A DNA stretch of 60,797 bases from a virus: the IMG/VR virus record IMGVR_UViG_3300028549_000940, positions 1-60,797 of that record, one strand, 5' to 3'. The notes beneath the pieces are model-generated. The model did not search any database, was not told where the DNA came from, and saw only the letters and a program-made list of their open reading frames with translations. Positions 37,155 through 45,104 of the stretch are shown piece after piece (the stretch's first letter is position 1; each line of letters opens with the position of its first letter). Position numbers and translations under genes: made by a program.

Positions 37155-38432
37155 ATGAGATTCGGGTTAGGGTTAGGGTATGGATTAGGATTAAGAAACC
37201 AGTTGGCTTCTGGAGGAGGAGTTCCATTCAAGAACACCATATCCCTTTCAACGAAAGGAAGAAGTGGACTTACTCTTTCTGACTCGTTTGGTAATGATGC
37301 CTCCATAATACCTGCTTGCGGCTTAATCAACGCTACAAACTATCTATCAAAGACAATTACTAATTTCGAAGCCTCTGACTCTAGTGGTTTCGTAGAGATA
37401 TCGTTTTATTTTGATGGCAGTGCCAATACATTTAGGTTATTCTCAACTACTAACAGTGGGTCTTCTTCTACTTATTTTGATATTGCAGTGCTTACAGATA
37501 AGAAGCCATTACTGACATTAAGATCATCAACTGCATTCACTAATACGCTTGCTAGTAATGTAGCGTTAACTGCTGGGGTCAGAACTGTTAGGTGGGGGTC
37601 TACTGGGTCTGCCTATTATCTAACTATAGATGGAGTTACCACGGCATTTACGACTTATTCTGGGCTTAACGATGGAAAATGGTTGAATGCAGGATTATTG
37701 GGAACGGCACGGAATAAAATAACTATAGGAGCCAGTGAGAAATCTTCATTATCAACAAGTTCTACTTCTTTTAATATTTATAGTGTTAACTACAACGATG
37801 AGCATCGGTGGATTATATCAGGGTTAGGAAATAACGCTTATGATAATATCGGCAGTAGTCATATGGCGTGGGTTGGAAGTGGGCATGTGGCTTATGATGC
37901 TAACACGCCGAAACACTACATGGATACTGGGTATACCTATGCATCCAAGGGAGGTGCGGTGAGTGAGTATATCCCATATACTTCTTTGGGTGTTCCTGTA
38001 GATGTTTCTTCGTATTTAGTTGGATATACTTATTCAAACTGTGCAGGTGATATGTCTAATTTTAATCTGTCACCATCGCTTATAAATATCCCTTCTCTTA
38101 ATTACGATAGATCAGACGTTGTAAGGTTTAATGCAAACGCAAGAGGAACAACTTACAGTGCTAGTCATCCTACTCGGTGGAGTCCTAGGGAATTAGTTGA
38201 CCCAAGAGTATATTATGAATGGGGTAATGTTGGATACAAGGGAACTATCGGAGCTAGAGTTGATTCTGATGGTATAAACTTTTTTAAATTGTTTGAAATT
38301 CAAGCGTGGTCTCAAGATTATAGAGGAAACGATCAATTTAGAATAACAAAATACAATAACGTTGATAGTTTTGTTGTGACTAGTGGGGGGCAACCTACAG
38401 TAGACACAGATGATTATTTAATACTTACATAG
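37155..38432 (+). CDS. Putative tail or receptor-binding accessory protein (425 aa)
   Basis: Long S/T/G-rich beta-type ORF immediately upstream of the tailspike. Function is inferred from context. Confidence 0.5.
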   Translation: MRFGLGLGYGLGLRNQLASGGGVPFKNTISLSTKGRSGLTLSDSFGNDASIIPACGLINATNYLSKTITNFEASDSSGFVEISFYFDGSANTFRLFSTTNSGSSSTYFDIAVLTDKKPLLTLRSSTAFTNTLASNVALTAGVRTVRWGSTGSAYYLTIDGVTTAFTTYSGLNDGKWLNAGLLGTARNKITIGASEKSSLSTSSTSFNIYSVNYNDEHRWIISGLGNNAYDNIGSSHMAWVGSGHVAYDANTPKHYMDTGYTYASKGGAVSEYIPYTSLGVPVDVSSYLVGYTYSNCAGDMSNFNLSPSLINIPSLNYDRSDVVRFNANARGTTYSASHPTRWSPRELVDPRVYYEWGNVGYKGTIGARVDSDGINFFKLFEIQAWSQDYRGNDQFRITKYNNVDSFVVTSGGQPTVDTDDYLILT

Positions 38433-40832
38433 ATGGCGAGGTTAAAAGATATACTTAAGTCAGTAACAATATCTGCTACGGCAGGATCAGACTATGCAAC
38501 TCTTAATGATGCAGTGGCAGGGTCAGACATTAATACATATACGGTAGAGGGGGATATTGCGTTAACAGCAAATATAACTTTCCCCGCAAATTCCACTTTG
38601 ATTATAGGAACGCAGGGTAAGGTTTCTGGGGCATATACTCTTACTGGTAATAATACAGCGATTGTATTAGAGGGTGATAACTACGCCATCGGTAATGATA
38701 TTACTTTTGCAGGAACATGGGTGTGCAAATCTGTGCACGTAGACAATTTTGGAACTGTAGCAGACGGGGGAACAGATGATTACATCTCCATATCTAAAGC
38801 AATTTCTTTCTGTAAGTTAACTAAATCAAAAGAGTTACATTTCAGACAACTAACGTATAGGTGCAACACAACCATTGACTTGACTGGATTAACTGTGCAT
38901 GGTAATAACGCTAAGATAGTTTGTGCTTCTGGAGTGTTGGTGGTAGCTAGTGGAGCTGTAGGCACGTCTTACAACCTTAGTGGAAATGCCTATGTAGGAG
39001 ACTCATGGCTTAAATGTAATGATGCGACTCTGCTTAATTCTATAACAAACGGAGACTTAGTCAAGGTTATCTCTAATGAGATAATCCAACCACTCTCTAA
39101 CGAAAATACGAGAGCTGGAGAAATACACGAAGTAAGATCAGTAGACTTAATTAATGGATACATATATTTTAACGACTATTTATTTTACTCATATTCCACA
39201 TCAGATTCAGCTAGGGTAGCAAAGATTACTTATGCTAACCTAGTTATGAATAACATATCCCTTATTGTAGAGTCAGAAACAGTAGCCACCCACGCTGCAT
39301 TGATTGCGAAGGGAATTAAAAACTTAGTATTAGACAATGTATCTGCAAAAGGATATTACGCAGCTATCTCACTCCATGATTGCTATTCCCCACTTCTTAG
39401 GGTGAAAACGTTTCAGTCAGATCAAACTGGTATCGGGTACGGGGTTCAAATAGGTGGTTCTTGCATGAACAGCAATATTCAAGGTGTATTCGTCGGAGCA
39501 AGACATTGCGTTACTACAGGGAATGGTGGAATTGGTACTGGTAATGATGCTGGAGGTATATCATGGAACTCTAAGGTTCATGATTCTATCGGATTTGCAG
39601 GATTAAGTTCATGCACCGTATTCGACACTCACGCTTCCAGTGGTTCAATATATTATGACAATTGCGTGGCTATAGGAGGGGTTTTTAGGGACAAAATAAC
39701 CCTGATCACGGATTGGAATACACTATCCACGTATTCAGTTAACTCACTTGTTAGAAGTTCGTTAAAAAATCTCTATAAGGCGGCTATAGAGAACACCAAT
39801 AAAAATCCAGACACGGATATTGCAGGTAATTGGGTTGAAGATTGGGGTCATGCCTCACAGGCAGGTTTTAAATCCGAGGGTTTAAATCAATATTATACTG
39901 ATTGTAAGATATTTGGATGCGTAGGAGGGATAAATCTTACAGCCGTATCTGGGAATAGGACTAAGATTAAAAATTTAGAAGCATATGGCTGTAATGCAGT
40001 TATTCCAGCAAGCACTACCTCTTACTTCAAGGAGTTAGATGTTGATGGTATCACTGCTCAGGTAAATACAGTTGGCACTGCACTGTATATGCTAGGTAAA
40101 ATAGATAAATGGTCATTTTCTAATATAAAATTAACCAATATCTTACTTTTCGGAGCATCTATCACTACCGCAGTGCTACCAAAATCGTTGACAATAGATA
40201 ATTTTTCTGTAATATTCGAGGATGCTAAGGCTACTAGTAATTATGCTGTATCTACATTAGGATTATTTGAGGATATAACTCTAAGTAATGGTGAGATAAT
40301 AAATGCTAATTTTTTAAAAGTATCTCTTAATGAAGCTGGTAGTAATATTGATTCCGTATGTGTATTTAATGTTAGAAATACTAATCCAAAACTTGATGTA
40401 ATAACAATAGAACATACTGTAAATAATTTAATTATAAATGGATTATTAGTAAAGAACCCAACCACTTCTAACTATTTGATCTCAACAAAAAAATCTATGC
40501 AGAATTTGAGCATATCTAACTCTGCATACATCGGAACGAATGCTACTAAACTTATTTTCACATACCTAGCAGAAACTCTTGGAACGTTTAGTCACAATAA
40601 TAATATTTTTCCAAATTTAACTACCATAAAAACTGGTAGTGGGGCACTGGCATCACTAGAGGTTACTGGTGGGAGTATAGGAGCATTGAGAAGTATTTCT
40701 GGCTTTGGTATTCCAGAGGGAGCTGTTGCTGCCACCATTGGAACAAAATACACAAGGCTAGACGGAGGAACCAATACTACTCTATACGTTAAAGAGTCTG
40801 GTGTTGGTAATACTGGATGGATTGCTAAATAA
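38433..40832 (+). CDS. Tailspike with pectate-lyase-like parallel beta-helix (799 aa)
   Basis: VDNFGTVADGGTDDYISISKAISFCK resembles the Pectate_lyase_3-type N-cap. The sequence is long and repetitive with many N/G/T/I residues. Confidence 0.65.
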   Translation: MARLKDILKSVTISATAGSDYATLNDAVAGSDINTYTVEGDIALTANITFPANSTLIIGTQGKVSGAYTLTGNNTAIVLEGDNYAIGNDITFAGTWVCKSVHVDNFGTVADGGTDDYISISKAISFCKLTKSKELHFRQLTYRCNTTIDLTGLTVHGNNAKIVCASGVLVVASGAVGTSYNLSGNAYVGDSWLKCNDATLLNSITNGDLVKVISNEIIQPLSNENTRAGEIHEVRSVDLINGYIYFNDYLFYSYSTSDSARVAKITYANLVMNNISLIVESETVATHAALIAKGIKNLVLDNVSAKGYYAAISLHDCYSPLLRVKTFQSDQTGIGYGVQIGGSCMNSNIQGVFVGARHCVTTGNGGIGTGNDAGGISWNSKVHDSIGFAGLSSCTVFDTHASSGSIYYDNCVAIGGVFRDKITLITDWNTLSTYSVNSLVRSSLKNLYKAAIENTNKNPDTDIAGNWVEDWGHASQAGFKSEGLNQYYTDCKIFGCVGGINLTAVSGNRTKIKNLEAYGCNAVIPASTTSYFKELDVDGITAQVNTVGTALYMLGKIDKWSFSNIKLTNILLFGASITTAVLPKSLTIDNFSVIFEDAKATSNYAVSTLGLFEDITLSNGEIINANFLKVSLNEAGSNIDSVCVFNVRNTNPKLDVITIEHTVNNLIINGLLVKNPTTSNYLISTKKSMQNLSISNSAYIGTNATKLIFTYLAETLGTFSHNNNIFPNLTTIKTGSGALASLEVTGGSIGALRSISGFGIPEGAVAATIGTKYTRLDGGTNTTLYVKESGVGNTGWIAK

Positions 40833-40901
40833 TCACCTAACACCTATATGGTATGAAGAAGACCGTAATAGTAAAGAAACCCACTAAAAATAAAACATAA
40901 A

Positions 40902-41447
40902 GTGAAAACATTTGTAACTGCACTTTCGCTAATCCTACTCGGAGCGCTTGCCTATTACTTTAAGCCGGTGAGTATTCCAAGTGGAATGGTGTTAGTAAAT
41001 AAAACATTTCTCGACAGCCTTGGAAATTTAAAGCCAACGGTAGTAATAGACACTATAAAGGGAGATCCATACCCTGTAGAAGTTCCGGTTTATGTTCCTG
41101 TTCCACAGGAAGAGGATAGCACTATAGTTTTTTACAAAGATTCCCTCGTCACCTCAAAATTAGCAGTGTTTGTTTCGGACACTATTCAAAAAAGAACAGG
41201 AAAGATACTTTACAGAAAGTTTAGGTATCAGCTCTTTGTTCCAGAGAGGATAGAGACTATTATCACCAAACCCTTTCCGATGCCCTATGCTGTGGAAAAA
41301 CCCGAAAAGGAATGGCGATACTTCGGAAAGGTTTGGGTAGGTAACGGATTCCAAGGAGAGGGTGGAGTAATTTATAAAGACAGGTTTATTTTTGGAGCAA
41401 AGGCCGGTGTAAAATCGGTTGAAGTTGGAGCAGGACTAATATTTTAA
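40902..41447 (+). CDS. Membrane-anchored protein (181 aa, GTG start)
   Basis: N-terminal TM/signal anchor FVTALSLILLGALAYYF. Function unknown. Confidence 0.45.
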   Translation: MKTFVTALSLILLGALAYYFKPVSIPSGMVLVNKTFLDSLGNLKPTVVIDTIKGDPYPVEVPVYVPVPQEEDSTIVFYKDSLVTSKLAVFVSDTIQKRTGKILYRKFRYQLFVPERIETIITKPFPMPYAVEKPEKEWRYFGKVWVGNGFQGEGGVIYKDRFIFGAKAGVKSVEVGAGLIF

Positions 41448-41449
41448 CC

Positions 41450-42208
41450 ATGAGCGTTCAAACAGCAGAAGCCGCACTAAACAATGCGCTATCCTCCTAT
41501 TTAATTTACCTTTCTACCCATCAAACGGTAACGGTATCAGAGGTTGTTGCAGAGGAAACAGTAGTTACTCCAGTAGTGATGCGCTTTTCCCTTGCAGATA
41601 TCTTTGAAAAGGTAAAGATGCGAACTGCTAAGGCAGGGAAAGTCGCCAAGGGACCTAAAGGGGAATCGCTATTCGACGTCTTTGCAGTTACCAACGATGA
41701 TAAGGATTGGTTTGATATGGTAATCAAAGATGCCGCAACAAACGTTTATCCGGCTATCTCTCACTTGGCAAAGGCAACGGCTGGGTATATTCTTAACGAT
41801 GGGCCACAGATTACCCCATACACCGATGGAGATGGATACACAACCGAAGGGGAATACTACTTAAGCGAAGGCAAAATATATCTTTGCATAAAATCTGGCA
41901 TAGACTCATCTGTGTATGACGGAACCCTATTCACCGAGCAACCGTCTTATATTGATTCGCACGGTTACTTAACCGTTTTAATTGTTCCGGTGGAGAATAT
42001 GAACGGGGCCATGCTTTCACTGGCCGAGGCTTCGTTTATGGATGCCCTAACCTACTCCCTTTTAGAGGACTGGTGGAAGAACATTGTCGGGGATATAGAC
42101 AGAGCAGGGTTGGCTAAAATCGATTACGACAACTCTATTTCAAAGATGAAAGGAGCGCTCTACTTTAGAAACGTCCCTATGAAGAAGAAGGGTCACCCTT
42201 GGGGCTAA
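41450..42208 (+). CDS. Hypothetical protein (252 aa)
   Basis: ATG ORF. Its 3' end overlaps the convergent integrase 3' end by 32 nt. Confidence 0.55.
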   Translation: MSVQTAEAALNNALSSYLIYLSTHQTVTVSEVVAEETVVTPVVMRFSLADIFEKVKMRTAKAGKVAKGPKGESLFDVFAVTNDDKDWFDMVIKDAATNVYPAISHLAKATAGYILNDGPQITPYTDGDGYTTEGEYYLSEGKIYLCIKSGIDSSVYDGTLFTEQPSYIDSHGYLTVLIVPVENMNGAMLSLAEASFMDALTYSLLEDWWKNIVGDIDRAGLAKIDYDNSISKMKGALYFRNVPMKKKGHPWG

Positions 42209-43439
42209 GTATCTTCCTGGATATTTCCGAAAGCTTTTCCCTATCAAATTCTCCGTGATACTTGTTGTGGATCTTCTCGCTGTTATGACCTACCATTTGC
42301 ATTCTAATCTCTGCGGATACTCCGTTTTGCTTTAAAATATCCACAAATGAATGTCGTGACAGGTGAAAGTGAATGTCCTTGTCTATCTTTGCCCTGAGCG
42401 CAATTATCTTTAAGTTTCTGTTTACGGAGTAGTTTTGCCCTCCCACTGCGTTTTCATACTGCAGCATCTCTTTTTTATACTGCGCCATTATAGCTTTATC
42501 CTCCTTGGACGGGGGTGTTTCCAGTGCTGGGAACTCTCGCTTTAGTATTGGGAAGAGATAGTGGCCGGTATGGTAAGAAAAAGATTTAAGTATATCCATA
42601 GCCTCGGGCTCAAGGATTAGGCTAATTCTCTTCGTGAAGTTCGATTTTGAGGTTAAGTATGATAGTTCATTTCCGTTGATGTTCGATTTTCTCAAAAGAC
42701 AAACATCCCTAAATCTCATGCCCCACGCATAAAAGGAGAACATAAACAGCTGACGGGCTTTCCAAACCTCCGACCGTTCCTCTATCGAAACTGCCTCAAT
42801 GCTCCTTATTTCTTCAATAGAAAGTCTATCCCTGAAAACATCTACCTCTCGCATTCTAATACCCTCGAAAAGGGTATCTACGTCCAGCTTGCCCTCCTTG
42901 AGAATGCCTTTCAATACCACAAAGTTTGAAGCAATGGTGTTGGCTTTATTTCCCTTGGCCTCCATGAATTTTTTAAACCCGGTAATTGTGTCGGATGAAA
43001 TATCCGCGAATCTAACCCCGTCACCGGCATACTCCAAGAACTTGTCGATAATTCCACCATACCTTTTGTAGGTTCCAGGTTTACCCGCTTCGAGAAATGC
43101 AGCTCTTTTATTGTTAGCGGCATCCTTAAACAGGTCAGTCCGGACTATTGCCCTTGGCTTTACCAGATCGTCAATTGTAGGAGTATCCCCGCGCATCTCG
43201 AACTCCATGATGGTATCCTTTATCTCAGATACCCGCTTATTAATTACCCTATTTATCCTGACAAAATCGCTATGCTTCTGGTTCAGCTCGCACTTGGATG
43301 CGTTCCACTGAATCTCTGTGGCCGAACCTACGGTGATATACCTTCTTTTATTCGATCCGGTAGTTATCACTATCACTAGCGGGTAATCCCCATCTTTTAG
43401 GGGTTTACTTTTCCTTAACATCACGTTTACAGTAGCCAT
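42177..43439 (-). CDS. int: Tyrosine recombinase / phage integrase (420 aa)
   Basis: Arm-type N-terminus MATVNVMLRKSKPLKDGDYPLVIVI. Catalytic pattern R (MRFRDV), HLSRHSF and GHNSEKIHNKYHG (H..Y). Confidence 0.9.
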   Translation of the reverse strand: MATVNVMLRKSKPLKDGDYPLVIVITTGSNKRRYITVGSATEIQWNASKCELNQKHSDFVRINRVINKRVSEIKDTIMEFEMRGDTPTIDDLVKPRAIVRTDLFKDAANNKRAAFLEAGKPGTYKRYGGIIDKFLEYAGDGVRFADISSDTITGFKKFMEAKGNKANTIASNFVVLKGILKEGKLDVDTLFEGIRMREVDVFRDRLSIEEIRSIEAVSIEERSEVWKARQLFMFSFYAWGMRFRDVCLLRKSNINGNELSYLTSKSNFTKRISLILEPEAMDILKSFSYHTGHYLFPILKREFPALETPPSKEDKAIMAQYKKEMLQYENAVGGQNYSVNRNLKIIALRAKIDKDIHFHLSRHSFVDILKQNGVSAEIRMQMVGHNSEKIHNKYHGEFDREKLSEISRKILSPKGDPSSS

Positions 43440-43475
43440 ATCCTTACGTTTGAATGTTACCCAACTTTCTAATGG

Positions 43476-43496
43476 GTCACATTTGTGTCACATTTT
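43476..43496 (+). repeat. Two direct GTCACATTT repeats 11 bp apart (candidate arm-type integrase sites, P arm)
   Basis: GTCACATTTgtGTCACATTTT read directly. Related GTAACATT pairs lie at 43693..43711. Confidence 0.45.
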
Positions 43497-43498
43497 CA

Positions 43499-43535
43499 AT
43501 GCAAATATATACCAAAATATGCAAATATATACCAA
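43499..43535. repeat. Two 17-bp direct repeats ATGCAAATATATACCAA (20-bp period), each with a minus-strand TATATTTG box facing int
   Basis: Copies at 43499-43515 and 43519-43535 are identical. The reverse complement contains TAnnTTTG. Confidence 0.5.
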
Positions 43536-43589
43536 TACACCAATAACGTAAAACCCATTGAAAAGGTTGTATACTCGGGAAACCCCAAT

Positions 43590-43615
43590 AAAAAAAGCCA
43601 CCCGGTTAAGGTGGC
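43590..43615 (-). terminator. Rho-independent terminator (minus strand) immediately 3' of the tRNA-end fragment
   Basis: On the minus strand, GCCACC-ttaaccg-GGTGGC followed by TTTTTTT. Confidence 0.6.
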
Positions 43616-43619
43616 TTTG

Positions 43620-43641
43620 TGATTTCGGCGCGATTCGAACC
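43620..43641 (-). other. Putative attP core: 3'-terminal fragment of a tRNA gene (T-loop to discriminator)
   Basis: The minus strand reads GGTTCGAATCGCGCCGAAATCA. That is a canonical GGTTCGAAT T-loop, a 5-nt T-stem strand, a 7-nt acceptor strand and a discriminator. The upstream sequence does not complete a cloverleaf. Confidence 0.45.
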
Positions 43642-43692
43642 ACTGTTATAATATGTTGATAATCAATATTTACATAGGCTCTGAAAATCATG

Positions 43693-43711
43693 GTAACATT
43701 TTAGTAACATT
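43693..43711 (+). repeat. Two direct GTAACATT repeats 11 bp apart (candidate arm-type sites, P' arm)
   Basis: GTAACATTttaGTAACATT. Same orientation and period as 43476..43496, on the other side of the core. Confidence 0.45.
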
Positions 43712-43794
43712 CTGTAAAACGGTAGGCTTAATTGCGGTTATTGTAAAAAACAAATATACGAAATTCTACTAATTCAGTTTCATTGATGGTAAAA

Positions 43795-44130
43795 TTAGGT
43801 TTTCTTTCTTTCCTTCTTTGGTTTCTTTGTCAAGTAATCAAAGATTACATCCCTTAGTTCATCCGAGGTGTTGCCAAAACCTTCCTGCGCTGACTGGCTC
43901 ATTAGGGTATCTACCGGCTTTCTCAACCGTTTTGCCCTAAACCTAATCTCTTTTATATCCAACCGATCCAATGATGACACCGCCAACCCTATATGCTGTA
44001 ACTTCTCGTCTATTTCTATGGAAAGGGCTTCTTGAATATCCCCGAGCAGCGCAATTACATTTATTCTGGTGGCAATAAACTCCGGTTTAATGTTTGCCTT
44101 TTCCAGTTTGTCGATAATCGTTTTATTCAT
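43795..44130 (-). CDS. Hypothetical protein (111 aa)
   Basis: Last ORF of the leftward early operon. Basic C-terminal tail. Confidence 0.5.
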   Translation of the reverse strand: MNKTIIDKLEKANIKPEFIATRINVIALLGDIQEALSIEIDEKLQHIGLAVSSLDRLDIKEIRFRAKRLRKPVDTLMSQSAQEGFGNTSDELRDVIFDYLTKKPKKERKKT

Positions 44131-44132
44131 GG

Positions 44133-44654
44133 CTAGTATCTGAAATTAGTAAAGTGAATAATTGCCATCGGCTTGCTTAGGTCGTAGCCCCGAAACCATT
44201 CTTTGAAGTCTTCTAGTGAAAGTCCGTCGTTTTTTGCAACAATGCCAATAGATAACCAACTGTTTAACGATTCTGCTACATGCGGAAAGTTAATGTCATT
44301 AGCAATGAATGTCAACTTTTCAATCCCAACCCCATCCTCCTTACCAAGTTGGCAGATGGTAACACTCGGGCTTCGGTATGGCTTTCCAGACCAGAAGTAA
44401 AGTTCAAGAACTGCCTCACCCCTTTGAATCTTTTCGAATCGTTTAGACCAAAGATCGTAGTTTCCTCTGATGGTGTGTAGTTTAGGCCAAATATCTATAA
44501 TTCCATCAAGAGTATGAATACGATAACCTTCGGTGTCTACAGCCGCGTTTATTATCTTCTCAACAAAATACGTTGGCTCCCCTGCTCTCTTGTGTGTTGC
44601 AGGAAATTTAACGCTAACAGGTAGCCTATACCTAACTATTTTCTTTGCTTTCAT
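44133..44654 (-). CDS. Hypothetical protein (173 aa from ATG 44654; the ORF is open to 44690)
   Basis: In-frame ATG at 44654 lies 7 nt after the upstream stop. No confident family. Confidence 0.5.
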   Translation of the reverse strand: MKAKKIVRYRLPVSVKFPATHKRAGEPTYFVEKIINAAVDTEGYRIHTLDGIIDIWPKLHTIRGNYDLWSKRFEKIQRGEAVLELYFWSGKPYRSPSVTICQLGKEDGVGIEKLTFIANDINFPHVAESLNSWLSIGIVAKNDGLSLEDFKEWFRGYDLSKPMAIIHFTNFRY

Positions 44655-44661
44655 CCTAATT

Positions 44662-45102
44662 TTATTTAATAGTGTCGTGAATATTTCCAATTAATTCAAC
44701 GTATGGCAGCACGTCAACGCTAAGCTCGTCGTGCTCGCAAAAGTGATGAATCATTTCATGCTTAACACCATAAGTAGTTAACCCCAATTTGCGGTAGCCA
44801 AACGATGCGCATTCTTTATCAAATACAACTTCGGCGGTAAATGAACTCATGTTGTATCCGGCATGCTCGGTATAGCTAAATATGCTGCCTACAAATAGCT
44901 TTGCTCCGCGCTTATCAGAAATACCGATGTAAATACCTACCGTTTCTGGAATTACTTCCATTTCAAACGTCATATTATCCGTAATTACAGGATAAACACG
45001 ACCATCAGTCATGCTGTGTGCGTAAAACATCTCTAGCCAAATACCATTGTCATTTGGATTTTTTTGGTTGCATGTTTTTCCTATAAATAGTATATCGTTC
45101 AT
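44662..45102 (-). CDS. YopX-like protein (146 aa)
   Basis: ETVGIYIGISDKRGAKLFVGSIF and C-terminal ELIGNIHDT resemble YopX-family signatures. Confidence 0.55.
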   Translation of the reverse strand: MNDILFIGKTCNQKNPNDNGIWLEMFYAHSMTDGRVYPVITDNMTFEMEVIPETVGIYIGISDKRGAKLFVGSIFSYTEHAGYNMSSFTAEVVFDKECASFGYRKLGLTTYGVKHEMIHHFCEHDELSVDVLPYVELIGNIHDTIK

Positions 45103-45104
45103 GG

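Noticed and set aside
37164-37195. A telomere-like GGGTTAGGGTTAGGGTATGGATTAGGATTA tract.
   Set aside because: It is short and imperfect. It sits at the 5' end of a coding ORF, where it encodes GLGLGYGLGL. There is no evidence for a structural DNA role.
42177-42208. A 32-nt tail-to-tail overlap of the integrase and the 252-aa ORF.
   Set aside because: Convergent 3' overlaps of this size are common. There is no additional structure to suggest antisense regulation.
43621-43690. A possible complete tRNA gene on the minus strand. The 70 nt ending in ..GGTTCGAATCGCGCCGAAATC begin with GATTTTC, which can pair 6 of 7 positions with the 3' acceptor strand.
   Set aside because: The T-stem 5' strand does not pair (AGTGG versus the GCGCG required). 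There is no D-arm with conserved GG, and the interior is AT-rich without an anticodon stem. I interpret it as a 3' fragment (attP core), not a tRNA gene.
43488-43691. A 67-aa minus-strand ORF across the int-proximal non-coding region.
   Set aside because: It spans the repeats, the terminator hairpin and the tRNA fragment. The composition is hydrophobic and junk-like. The region is better explained as attP.
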